This document shows positions 52,355 through 64,000 of a stretch of 64,000 nucleotides of DNA, piece after piece. The notes beneath the pieces were generated by a model. The model ran no database searches. It was not told the origin of the DNA and worked only from the letters and a program-made list of their open reading frames with translations. The stretch's first letter is position 1. Every line of letters starts with the position of its first letter. A program made the position numbers and the translations under genes. Origin of the DNA: Octopus bimaculoides (Eukaryota); contig NC_068987.1 of assembly GCF_001194135.2 (NCBI RefSeq), positions 17,236,487 to 17,300,486 of the forward strand, given 5' to 3'.

Positions 52355-53100
52355 TCATCTATCTCTATATGTATGTGTGTGTATGNNNNNNNNNNTCTAT
52401 CTATCTATCTATCTATCTATTCATCTATCTCTATATGTATGTGTGTGTATGTGTATAATGTGGCACAGAGACTCCCAGAACTAAAAACTGTTTTTGATGT
52501 ATCATCTTAGCATAAGATTAACACTGAAGACAATTCTGTTCTATCAAGACACATAATCAACCTCATCAATGTAATTTTTTAACATGGTCAAACTTGCCAG
52601 GACAAAAGGCAATTCCTTCGGACCACGAAATATAAAAGATTCAGAAATGAGAAACATTTCAAACATCATGAACTGTCTGGCGGATGTGGATGTGACTATG
52701 ATTTCGGCGCGTGGGCAATATCATTCAATGCGGTGGTTTCAAATGCATTAAACATAAACGGCACCTGGGAATCTATAAACAAGAAGCAGCAGCGAAACAT
52801 TAGCGTAAGATACCCATTACAGCTAGATTTCTTTAGTATTAGATACATCGACATCAAATATAAGCAAAATTACTATTAACTTATATTTTCAAAGCTAGAA
52901 GTTAAAAGTACTATCGATAAAAAAACATAAATTACTTCTAACAGTATATAGTGATATCTCAAAAATTATACAACAAAATACTATCAGCGAACGAAACGTA
53001 TTCACTACAATTTACTGAAACACGAATATATAGTATGGGAATTAATGACAACCCACGGAATAAGAAGCTTAGAACTTCAAGCATACAGGTTAATTTATGA

Positions 53101-53122
<22 letters not shown>

Positions 53123-53132
<10 letters not shown>

Positions 53133-53368
53133 ACTTGGGGATGGTCATATTACCAGTTTAGCCAATAAAAACACACGCACTGTATATTTGGTGTTAATTT
53201 GCTTCAGCTTTATATTACATTAATCTTAATCTTATTTAATATGTTTAATATATTTAATATTTTTAATCTTATGTAATATAAAGCTGAAGCAAATGAACAC
53301 CAAATATACAGTGCGTGTGTTTTTATTGGCTAAACTGGCAATATGACCGTCCCCAAGTACAACAACAT
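53123..53368. mobile_element. 246-bp foldback element (98-bp arms, 50-bp AT-rich spacer)
   Basis: 53123-53220 versus the reverse complement of 53271-53368: 95 of 98 identical by eye; a further 47-bp arm copy lies at 39354-39400. Confidence 0.9.
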
Positions 53369-53406
53369 CTGTTTCAACACACGATTTCACATCAGAAATC
53401 TTGCAA

Positions 53407-53447
<41 letters not shown>

Positions 53448-53454
53448 CTTTTTT

Positions 53455-53830
53455 CTTTTATTGTGTTACTTGTTTCAGTCATGAGATTCCAGACATTCTG
53501 GGGCACCGCCTCGAAGAATATTAGTCGAATGAATTGATCCCTGTACTTTAATTAATTCAAGCCTGGTACGTATTCTTTTGCCAAACCGCTAATTTGTGGG
53601 GACGTGAACACACCAACACCGATTGTCAAGTGGTTGGAGTGGGAAGGTGGACAAACATAGATACGCACACATATATATGTATACATATATAACAAACTTC
53701 TTTCAGTTTCCGGCTACCCAATCCTCTCAAGGCTTTGGTCGGCCCGAGGCTAGAGTGGAAGATATTTGATGAAGGTGCCACGCAGTGGGACTGAACTATG
53801 TGGATGGGAAGTAAGCTCCTTACCATACAT
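53455..53830 (-). mobile_element. Degenerate full-length SINE family A
   Basis: ttacttgtttcagtcatg...gcctggtac...gattgtcaag...tttcagtttccg...ggtcggcccgaggcta...ggtgccacgcagtgggactgaac. Confidence 0.85.
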
Positions 53831-54239
53831 ACATACATATATATATATTTATATATATATATATATNNNNNNNNNNNNNNNNNNNNNNNNNNNNNNNNNN
53901 NNNNNNNNNNNNNNNNNNNNNNNNNNNNNNNNNNNNNNNNNNNNNNNNNNNNNNNNNNNNNNNNNNNNNNNNNNNNNNNNNNNNNNNNNNNNNNNNNNNN
54001 NNNNNNNNNNNNNNNNNNNNNNNNNNNNNNNNNNNNNNNNNNNNNNNNNNNNNNNNNNNNNNNNNNNNNNNNNNNNNNNNNNNNNNNNNNNNNNNNNNNN
54101 NNNNNNNNNNNNNNNNNNNNNNNNNNNNNNNNNNNNNNNNNNNNNNNNNNNNNNNNNNNNNNNNNNNNNNNNNNNNNNNNNNNNNNNNNNNNNNNNNNNN
54201 NNNNNNNNNNNNNNNNNNNNNNNNNNNNNNNNNNNNNNN

Positions 54240-54301
<62 letters not shown>

Positions 54302-54654
54302 GCCGATGTATTCATACATATATTTGTATTTATCCGTTTCTTTCTATTCGTTTTTGTGTGATATGTTTTTAACGAAGTAAAATAGAATGTTTTTTGATGG
54401 AATGAAAGACAGAAAACTTTATACTAAGAGAATTATTTAGTAGAACTATTGTCTAAACTTGTGTATGGATGTAGAATAATATAGTTCTATATTTATTGTA
54501 AGTGTTTGAATTGTACGACTTTTTCAAACATTTTTACATACATATATTGAATAATTTATATCTACTATCGTTTGTCCACATCGCTTCCTAATTCCTTTGT
54601 CCATATCATACTTTTATAACACGTACGCATAGATTTTATACGTAATGAGAATGA

Positions 54655-54697
54655 AAGTAATAATAACAATAACAACAACAACAACAGCAACAACACC

Positions 54698-54751
<54 letters not shown>

Positions 54752-55060
54752 TATAATAATAATAATTTCAACTATCGGCACAAGGCCAGGAATTTCAGCG
54801 CCAAGTCGATTACATCGATTACATCGACCTCAGTGTTTCGCTAGTACTTAATTTACTCACCCCCGAAAGGATGAAAGGCAAAGTCGACCTCGGCTACTAC
54901 TACTTCTACAAATTTATTATGAGTTGTAGTGGTAGTGGCAGCAGTAGTAGTAGTAGTAGTAGTAGCAGCACGAGTAGCAACTGCTGCAGTAGCAACAATG
55001 GCAGCAACAGCAGCAGCAGCAGTGGTAGTAGTAGTGGTAGTAGTAGTAGTAGTAGTAGTG

Positions 55061-55092
<32 letters not shown>
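54655..55092. repeat. (AAT)/(AAC) and (AGT)/(AGC) microsatellites enclosing a SINE family B fragment (54765-54895, -)
   Basis: Repeats directly visible; ttactcacccccgaaaggatgaaaggcaaagtcgacctcggc core. Confidence 0.85.
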
Positions 55093-55189
55093 TGCTTGAC
55101 TCAAGATTCGTCTTACTCTTGGTAGGATTTATATGGGTAGTGGCCTCCTCCTTGTAACTTTAGATATCCACATGATTTCAATAAGCCAT

Positions 55190-55850
55190 AAAGTACTCAA
55201 AACCCTGCTGATGATCTTGCCTGTTCCCAAGAAGCAAACCTTCTACAGTCCCTAAAGCTTCAGTTATAATCATATGTACAACCTTATTATTTTTACTAGT
55301 AAAACAGTATTGTTTTCCAGATGCGGAACTATCCTGCTGTACATTACTGATCCAAGAGATTTATATGCTGTTTGTAGATACGTAGTAAACAAATAACTTC
55401 ATGGATGTGTGATGCTGTTTCTGGGTTAAGTGGGGTGTAGAATGGATACCCACTTAACTTCGCAGCCAGGTGTTGATACGTGTTTGTTAGGTATTTCATT
55501 AAATGCAGCTGCTCTGTATTCATAGCTACTTGGTGAAGTACTTCAGCCAAAAGTTTGAGGCCATGTCTGTTTCTGATGTTTTCCTTTGCAAACAGCTCTC
55601 AGTGTGTCAGCAGTTTTCTTTTGGTTTATTGTGCATTGTTGCTATGGCATATTGGTATTTTCTGCTTCATATTACTTCCAAAAATGTCTGTATTATTTCT
55701 GTAGCTGCAGTTGTTGTTTCTTTTTCAGCAAAATCATTTGTTATTTACCTCGAAAGACGACTTCATGCTACGTTTTCCGTTGCATATTTTTGCGGCTATA
55801 CACTTCTTCAGTTTTACTTTTGCTTGCAAGTTGATCTCTATATTTATTCA
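55190..55850 (-). mobile_element. Highly decayed R4/Dong-clade C-terminal fragment
   Basis: Minus strand: RHGLKLLAEVLHQ (cf. RHN.VAK.LH after the CCHC motif) and EALGTV...LLGTGKIISRVLST (REL C-terminus with an internal deletion). Confidence 0.5.
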
Positions 55851-56299
55851 TGATACATTTTTTATGTAATCCTTTTCCTTCATATGCATGCAGGACCCCT
55901 TTTATAGTTCACATAGGATAGGGCTTCTCTTTTTTACAAAAAAGCTGTGCTACAATTTCTTTCTATTTCGGTATTTTGGGTTTGATCGGGAGTTTTCCTT
56001 GTTAAGTCCATGCCCACTTTCGCTTAATATGGTTTGATTGGGAGTTTTCCTTGTTATGTCCATGCCCACATTCGCTTAATATGGTTGTAGCTACTAACTA
56101 TATCAGATCATTTATCCTGTTGATATCCAAGAAGCGTATTGTCACCAACCTAAATCCTTGCAGGTATTTATCATACGTATTCTTCCATAGAGATCTCTAT
56201 TCACACGTGGATTGTTGAGGTAAGCACGTCGATTCTACTTTATTGAAAACCCTTTCAAATAACGTTCGGTGTGAAAATATATTTATACTTCTTGCACAT

Positions 56300-56717
56300 G
56301 CAATAAGTAACGCTAAATATCCAACTGAATTGACACCAAACAGATTGCTTACTCCAGTGAATGGATTTGTGCAGATATCTTAGACACATTGCTAATATCT
56401 TCAAAACTAACTCATAACATTCATTCACAATACAACATATATTCACACAGAAATGAAATACCACACGGAAAAACAGATTTTTATATCAACAACAAAATAA
56501 TGCCCATACTCACCAACCTAGCTACAACTGATAAGAGAATTTTTTTTACTTCCATTACTCGCTAGCAACTTATAAATTAAATACTAATCACCTACTTATG
56601 AAACAAAGCTAAATTCTGGTTAGTAAATTATCTGTCACTCTGCCAAACGTGTGTGTGTGTGTGTACATATATATNNNNNNNNNNNNNNNNNNNNNNNNNN
56701 NNNNNNNNNNNNNNNNN

Positions 56718-56750
<33 letters not shown>

Positions 56751-57400
56751 CACATATATATATATATATATATATATGTGTGTATGTATGTATGTATGTA
56801 TGTATATATATAAGACTACAAAAATGCATTTTGTTTTTGTTTCTGAGCACAGTAAAAGAAAAATTAAATCGCCCTTTCTCCAACTTATATTAACCTATAT
56901 TTACGCGAGTTTCTACTTCCAAGAACCATTAAAACCATTAACTCACCATTGTATATTTGCACCCAAACGCTTACAATCATCGCAATTCTCTAGACACAGT
57001 TGTACAGCTATTACACATCAACATCTTACATATTAAACCTTGGCTTCGGATCAATAAATTTAAGTTAACACCCACGAAATCCAACATATTTTATATTAAC
57101 TGCAACACCAGAGAATATTGAATATAAGAAAAAAATACGCCCAACTCCATAAACGTAACCATATACATAAAAGATGAAACTTTTCCCTCTTTCATACGAT
57201 ACAACTAGACAAATCAAATATTACATAACATACAGTGTAATGAAAACAAAATAATGAACAAATGCACGTAGATCACGCTTATCTATCCATTTGGTCATGG
57301 AAAGAAAAGCAATGACATAAATATATAATCAATAGATTTGATCTATCATGGGTTATAAGAGTTCAGTTTGGGCCCTCATCTCTACACACCAAACATAAAC
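56300..57400 (+). mobile_element. Possible decayed I/Jockey-group LINE
   Basis: Scattered motifs: TIYNIYSH-like (APE), SQFSRHSCTAI (cf. QFADDTAI), RINKFKLTPTKS; interrupted by microsatellite and a gap. Confidence 0.3.
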
Positions 57401-57499
57401 AAACCAACCTTTTTTTTTTACTCCATTATATGTTAGATGTTAGGACATTATCGATAAAGTGTGTATATATATATAGTACGTTAGCATATCATATCAAAG

Positions 57500-58000
57500 T
57501 GTATCGATTTTTTTTCCGATCTTGCCATAACCACTAACATATTTTTGATACTGTTACCAGGATTTAACAGTAGTTAAACTTCCCTGGCTACATATAGCAG
57601 AGTATTCAAGGCAGGAATTGAACTTCTAAGTCTCTATTGTGTAACTCCCTTAAACAGTTCTGCGAAGTGCTGCCGTAAAATTCCAAATGTCTGCCTAGAA
57701 TCTGACATCACAGGCGTATAGAAGTACGCTATGCTCTATACTGAATTTCAATTGCACCGACATGTCGTCCACCCGTCTGAGGTTATTACTCCTTCGTTTC
57801 AAACAGCTGGTTCAATAACTTGGATGACCATATTTACCCCCGTATTTCGTGTCAAACAAATGTTCGAGCGGTATTTTCTTCTCTAGTATAGCGAACGTGT
57901 TACCTTTTATAATAGCCTCTTCCAAACTGCCTACGAACTACACTCTAATTTCCTGTTTCCTATTGCTATGGCCTTGCTATGTTGTACAATTAGAAAATCA
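57500..58000 (-). mobile_element. Decayed RTE-like RT C-terminal fragment
   Basis: Minus strand: IIKGNTFAILEKKI..FDTKY and SVLLYACDV (cf. SVLLYACETW). Confidence 0.4.
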
Positions 58001-58299
58001 ATATAAGATGACCGGAATGAGCGGTAAATATGAAGGGAGGAGGCTTGCTGTGCATTTACGGTCTCCCTAGGCTATGGATTTTGATTGATTAGATAATTAG
58101 CAAACAATTAAGGCATTTCCTTCTGTCTTTTTTAAAAATTCTACTTCCAACAGCACTAATAGCAGCATCTTCATTGTGATCATCACTATTTTCCCGACGA
58201 TGATGATAAATACCTTATCTTCCTACATTTTTATCACCGTCACCGTTATCATGGTGATGGTGATCACATCAACATCATCGCTGTCCTCGGCGTCGTTAT

Positions 58300-58370
58300 T
58301 ATTTCCATCATTACCATCACTCCTCCCATCATCATCATCATCATCATCGTCATCATCATCATCATCGTCG

Positions 58371-58414
<44 letters not shown>

Positions 58415-58436
58415 GTCATCATCATCATCATCGTCG

Positions 58437-58468
<32 letters not shown>

Positions 58469-58544
58469 GTTGAAGTCGTAGGTATCATCGTCATCATCTT
58501 CAATACCTTCAACGTCAACATCAACACAATCGTCACAATCACCA

Positions 58545-58590
<46 letters not shown>

Positions 58591-58660
58591 TTTCAACACC
58601 ATTATTATCATTCTCCTCCTGTTCCTCGTCATCGTTGTCATCATTATCATCTATACCCAT
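58300..58660. repeat. Compound (TCA)n/(TCG)n/(TTA)n microsatellite
   Basis: Directly visible. Confidence 0.9.
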
Positions 58661-59769
58661 TCCCGTCGTCATCATAAACACCCCCGCGCGCCCACACACA
58701 TACGCACACACATATACCCACCCCCACACACGCAGACCATCATAGTCAATTCTATTTTCATTTCACTGGCATATTCATTATGAGAACGATCACTGTAGAA
58801 ACCGCCATCACTGACAATGAATATATCCATGATGTTTAATATTCTGCAACTGACCTTTCTCCTCCTAAGAAATAATGCAATCTAGCTGTTGATCTTTATA
58901 CTACTATAACGAAGTTTTCTATCTGTCAATTTGTTATTAAAAATATCAAATGCAACAAGAATATCACATCTGAAAATGGCTACTGTATGGTTTTTATAAC
59001 TTGTGTTGTAACTTTCTCTCCCACCTCTCTGTACGGATTACTGTTGTGCTGAACGCTTTAACTGTTTGAATACTTGGTAATAGTAGATCGCATCACAAGA
59101 GTATTCTTTACAACAACGGAGTTTCATTTGCGTTGCAATTTGTTATTCTGTCACACGAAGAAAGAGAAGAAAATATATTTGGAAATTTTTATAAATATTT
59201 CATGATGTAAAGATACAATATACACGATATTTTCGCGATAAAAATCCATTTGAATATTGAAAATTGATACGCATAATAGCCGCTAAAATAGGAATATTTA
59301 CAAAGGTCACAGAATCAACACATAGCTAACGATTTTGCAATACATTATCACACAGAATGCGCAGTTCCTGTTTATACAACACCCTTACAGAAAATACAAA
59401 GGGAAATCAGAACGTGATTGACAGGGGATCAAGTGGGGAGGTCGGCAAAGCATTCATTAATCATAATGTGTCTACAAATGTCTGTAGGAGCGTATGTATG
59501 TAAGTGTCTGAACATGTGTGCGTGAGTGTGTGTATGGGTGTGTGTTTGCGTGAAAGTGTGTGTATGCGTGTGAATTTATGTCTATATGAGATGGCACGTG
59601 TATACGACCGAAGCAAACATTTAATTTTAAATAATAAACAAAATATTCGTATAGATTGTGAATTAGTTCCAGGTACATCATATTGTTTACACAGTGAAGG
59701 AATAATTGGATACAGTCAATTCCTGAAACACAGCATAAACCGAACATACGCGTTCTTGTTGAAAGCCTT

Positions 59770-59770
<1 letters not shown>

Positions 59771-59846
<76 letters not shown>
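59771..59846. repeat. (TAC)n microsatellite
   Basis: Directly visible; lies just upstream of the CR1-group fragment. Confidence 0.95.
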
Positions 59847-59849
<3 letters not shown>

Positions 59850-59864
59850 TAGAATTATCTTGTC

Positions 59865-61000
59865 ATTGAAGTATTCTAGAGAGTGGTGAAACCAAAAGTA
59901 ACTGCTTTATAAAGAAGAACCATTTCTTTGATCCCAATTGTTGGAATAAAGTGTTGGAATGAGTAACACAGCGCCTGTACTATTTGTTGGTATCCTAGAT
60001 GCTCTTGATGATGGCAACATCACAGATGCCATTAATGTTGATTTCATTAAAACTTCGAATACAATCAAACACAGCGTTCGGCTGAAGATGTTGTCTTACC
60101 GTCATAACCCCCCCCCCCAAAAAAAAACATTCCATCTTTGATAAACACGATTGTAAGCTATTGTAATGAATTAAAGGTTTACTGACAAACAAAACACAGC
60201 GTATTGTAATCGATGGATTTTACTCAATATCAGCAGAAGTTATTAGTGGTATTCCTCAGGGTGATGTGTTAGGCCCATGCATAAATTGCACTCGAAACTC
60301 CACTATATTTAGTAAAATATATGTGACATTAAATTTCAGAAATTCATCAAAAGTGTAAGGAACCCAACAAAATATCAAACTGACATGTGCACAAGTATTC
60401 TACGTGCGAAAAATGCGAAAAATCAACGTGGTATTAAAGAGGAGCTAAAGTACGAGCTGATCCACTTAGAAAAAGAGTAAATACTTAAACAGCCATATTC
60501 TCTTTCTTCGGGTAAGATCTTCGCAGCACCAAAAATATCAAAGACTTTTGTAACTTTTGACAAGTTCGAATACCCACATCAACAACACAGTCAACATAGC
60601 CCTCAAAAGATGTAAGGATCTTTACAGCCCTCTGACTGTAAAGATCCTTAGAACCTTACAGACCAGAGATCCTGATACCATCTCTATGTTTGCCGGGATC
60701 CGCATTGAATATCGCTGCCCAAATTGTTTTCCAAATCAAAACAAAACATTATAAGAAGCAAAGTACTCCGAAGAAAGATTCCAAAAATGTTTGTAAAGAG
60801 CATGGCATGCTTTGATAATTCGGATCGTCTCAAAAGCTTAAAATTTATTTTTCCCAACGTGTCTGTGACCGTTACGTCATTTGTATAATATGGAAAATAT
60901 TCAACCAACACTGTACAAACGCTGCCGGTATCAGATTCACAAATCATCCAAAGTGTGGACGCAGATCTATATGCCTCCTTTAAAAATCAAGCTCACATCA
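59865..61000 (+). mobile_element. Decayed CR1-group LINE RT region
   Basis: LDALDDGNITDAINVDFIK (cf. IYLDFAKAFD), VISGIPQGDVLGP, ILRTLQTRDPD..IEYRCP, DRLKSLK...DRY.I.IIWKIF. Confidence 0.75.
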
Positions 61001-61834
61001 TATTAACAACAATTCTTTTTATTTCAACATTATTTCGAAAAAAGAAACCAACGAGGAAAAATACCTAATTACATACTAACGATACATGGAAAATTTCGTC
61101 CAAGAAATACGAGAAAAACCACCAACAACCTGATACAACTGTCAAACAATTACTTTCTCGAGTGGAGCATGATAGTCTACAGCCTGGCTTAAGGACTACG
61201 CCTGAAATTAGACAAGACATGGTCTATTTATAGCCGAAACCTCTCTAGGATTACTTACGTTTATTTATACATGCAGACACAAGATTATTTGTACAGCTAA
61301 AGATATGTAAAAGAACAGTGTACAAAAAAAAACACCGTAAAAACTGTCTAATAATTGCAAATGAATACATAATATCTCCCGTCGTTTTAAACATAACAAA
61401 CACCATGATGATAAATTATAAATTTCCAACCTGAAGGAGCTCACAATTGGAAAGACAATAATTTAGTGGACTGAAGATAAAATATCTGTACTTGTTTGTC
61501 AATGAATCGATATTATTCCGCTGTAAGGCGCGTAGGATATTAAAATGCTGTGTTTCAATATGGTTGAAATATTGGAAGCTAAGCACCAAAATTATGAATT
61601 GCCTTAGAGGATTCATTTGTACTAAAAGTAAATTTTTTCTATGAAACATTTATAGTGGCAGTTCCTGATGATTATACGAGAATGGTCCACCAGATGCTTT
61701 CACTATCTTAAACTAACCAACTCATCCTTCAATTTAAGCCAAGCAAAGTTTTCTGCAAAGTGAAAATTCACTGACCAAATTATGCGCGCGTGAACACACA
61801 CGTACGTATATAAGTTTGTATATAAATATACCTT

Positions 61835-62625
61835 TTTTTACTTTAGTTGTTTCAGTCATTCGACTTCGGCCATACTGGGGCACCACTTTGAAGGGTTTTT
61901 GGGAGCCTAGTACTCATTCTATTAGTTTCTTTTGCCAAACCATTAAATTACTGGGACGTAATCACATCAACACCGGTTGTCAAGCGGCGTGAGGGAACAA
62001 ACACAGACACACAGTCACAAATATATATATATATANNNNNNNNNNNNNNNNNNNNNNNNNNNNNNNNNNNNNNNNNNNNNNNNNNNNNNNNNNNNNNNNN
62101 NNNNNNNNNNNNNNNNNNNNNNNNNNNNNNNNNNNNNNNNNNNNNNNNNNNNNNNNNNNNNNNNNNNNNNNNNNNNNNNNNNNNNNNNNNNNNNNNNNNN
62201 NNNNNNNNNNNNNNNNNNNNNNNNNNNNNNNNNNNNNNNNNNNNNNNNNNNNNNNNNNNNNNNNNNNNNNNNNNNNNNNNNNNNNNNNNNNNNNNNNNNN
62301 NNNNNNNNNNNNNNNNNNNNNNNNNNNNNNNNNNNNNNNNNNNNNNNNNNNNNNNNNNNNNNNNNNNNNNNNNNNNNNNNNNNNNNNNNNNNNNNNNNNN
62401 NNNNNNNNNNNNNNNNNNNNNNNNNNNNNNNNNNNNNNNNNNNNNNNNNNNNATATATATATATATATATATACACCACGAGCCTCTTTCAGTTTCCGTC
62501 AACCAAATAGAGGCTTTGGTCGGCTCGAGGCTATATTACAGAAAGAACACTTGCGCGAAGTGCCACGCAGTGGGACTGAAGTCGGAACCATGTCGTTGGG
62601 AAGCAAGATTCTTATCACACAGCCA
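61835..62625 (-). mobile_element. SINE family A copy with an N-gap in the central microsatellite
   Basis: Tail gtttcagtcattcgacttcggccatactgg...ccggttgtcaagcg before the gap; head tttcagtttccgtc...aagtgccacgcagtgggactgaa...cacacagccac after it. Confidence 0.85.
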
Positions 62626-63277
62626 CAGCGTATATACATACACGCGCACACACATACATACATATATTTATTTATATCTATACTTCTTCCGTTCTTTTTA
62701 TTTACAGACTTATTTATCGCATAATAAGCACCATTTTTTACATAAAAAGAACCCGTTGGCTCGGCTGAAACAAGTGTAGTATTTGATTATTTTTTAGTTA
62801 CAGACTTGATTATTGCATGATAAGAAACATTTACTGCTTTCAAATTGGAGTTGTACAGGGTTTGTCATCGTATCGGAATCTTCTGTGTAATCTCGATATG
62901 AGATGAAGTATATTTAATGTATTGATTAATAAATTTGACTGATGAATTATCAAGTCTTTTGTATCTTCTATACAAGCCATTGTTTATGCGAGAGATTAAT
63001 CAACTGTATTTACCAAGATAATTGAGACTTATCATACTGCAACATATACAGGGTTGTGTAAAAGCATGTACACAGTTACATGATATGAGTGGAATATTTT
63101 CAATTCTCTAGTTCCTGTATTTTCCACTCATTCTACTTATATCAAGCAATTGCATACTTATATTTGCTCACCACCGTGTGTGTGTGCGTTTGTGCATATA
63201 GAGAGAAAGGAGAGAGAGAAAGATAGATAAATATATATATATATATATATATATANNNNNNNNNNNNNNNNNNNNNN

Positions 63278-63352
<75 letters not shown>

Positions 63353-63439
63353 CAGGTAGATAGATAGAAATGGGTTTTGTGTCAAGTAGAAACTGTACGA
63401 TTTTCATTAAAACATTGCAAACGCTTGATGGCAACCAGT

Positions 63440-64000
63440 TATTCTATCAGGGCCATCCAATAGTCTATGTTCGATATTTATTGTGTCATGGTAAGTTGAA
63501 GCAAGCAGACAGGATGATAGGACAATGGACAATGAATATGTCCGCTCTCAATGAAGTTAGACATAGTGGGATGGATCAAATATCAAGGAAAGCAATACGT
63601 GATTATATTTCTCAGTAAAGGCAATATGCAGAATAACGGGATCTCTTCATTTTGAATAAACAATATTTCTACATCAATAATTGAATAGAAACATTTAGAT
63701 AACGATGGAATGCTTTTCGTGAAGCTTAAACCTATGAAATGTAATACCTATATATTTTTTTCGCTGTATATAAAAGGTGGCTACATATATAATGCGTCCA
63801 ATGAAAAGAGATTCTTTCTTCCAATTGTTTCCAAGGGGAATTGATCGTATAACTGTAAGAAGTATGAAAATTGTGATTGATGATCTGAATGCGAAAGCTG
63901 GCTGTAACGTTGAATATATGGAACGGAAAATGCATAAGCAGAGGCTTGGAGTTGCTTATAGAAATGTAAATTTAAGACTGAACACTTTCTGTGAAGCCAG
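63440..64000 (+). mobile_element. RTE-like AP endonuclease N-terminal fragment (runs off the window)
   Basis: GKLKQADR...SALNEVRHSG; IVIDDLNAKAG (cf. GDFNAKVG); HKQRLG..RNVNLRLNTFCEA (cf. GKHGLG..NENG..L..FC). Confidence 0.75.

Noticed and set aside
52306-52450. Duplicated TATC/TG block around a 10-N gap
   Set aside because: This is a typical scaffolding overlap artefact.
58223-58729. 168-aa Asp/Asn-rich ORF
   Set aside because: It is a compound trinucleotide microsatellite, open in several frames on both strands.

Overview
AT-rich, microsatellite-dense eukaryotic DNA with 18 N-gaps, almost all flanked by (TA)n, (CA)n or (GATA)n. The SINE families, repeat load and gap pattern point to an octopus (coleoid cephalopod) draft scaffold; this is inference, recalled from octopus repeat sequences. 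I can support no host protein-coding gene, rRNA, intact tRNA or CRISPR array. Nearly all ORFs in the supplied track are microsatellite or N-gap artefacts. The window is an intergenic or intronic transposon graveyard. It holds many copies of at least three tRNA-derived SINE families (labelled A, B, D here), one near full-length dead mariner, and decayed R4/Dong, CR1-group, RTE and possibly Penelope, Tc1 and I/Jockey fragments. It also holds several foldback or palindromic elements. The most unusual objects are (i) a tRNA-like Pol III cassette enclosed in 23-bp inverted repeats (29317-29431), (ii) a 127-bp hairpin containing a degenerate hammerhead-ribozyme-like core (48487-48613), and (iii) a 246-bp foldback with 98-bp arms (53123-53368). 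All alignments and translations were done by eye, so boundaries of decayed elements are approximate.
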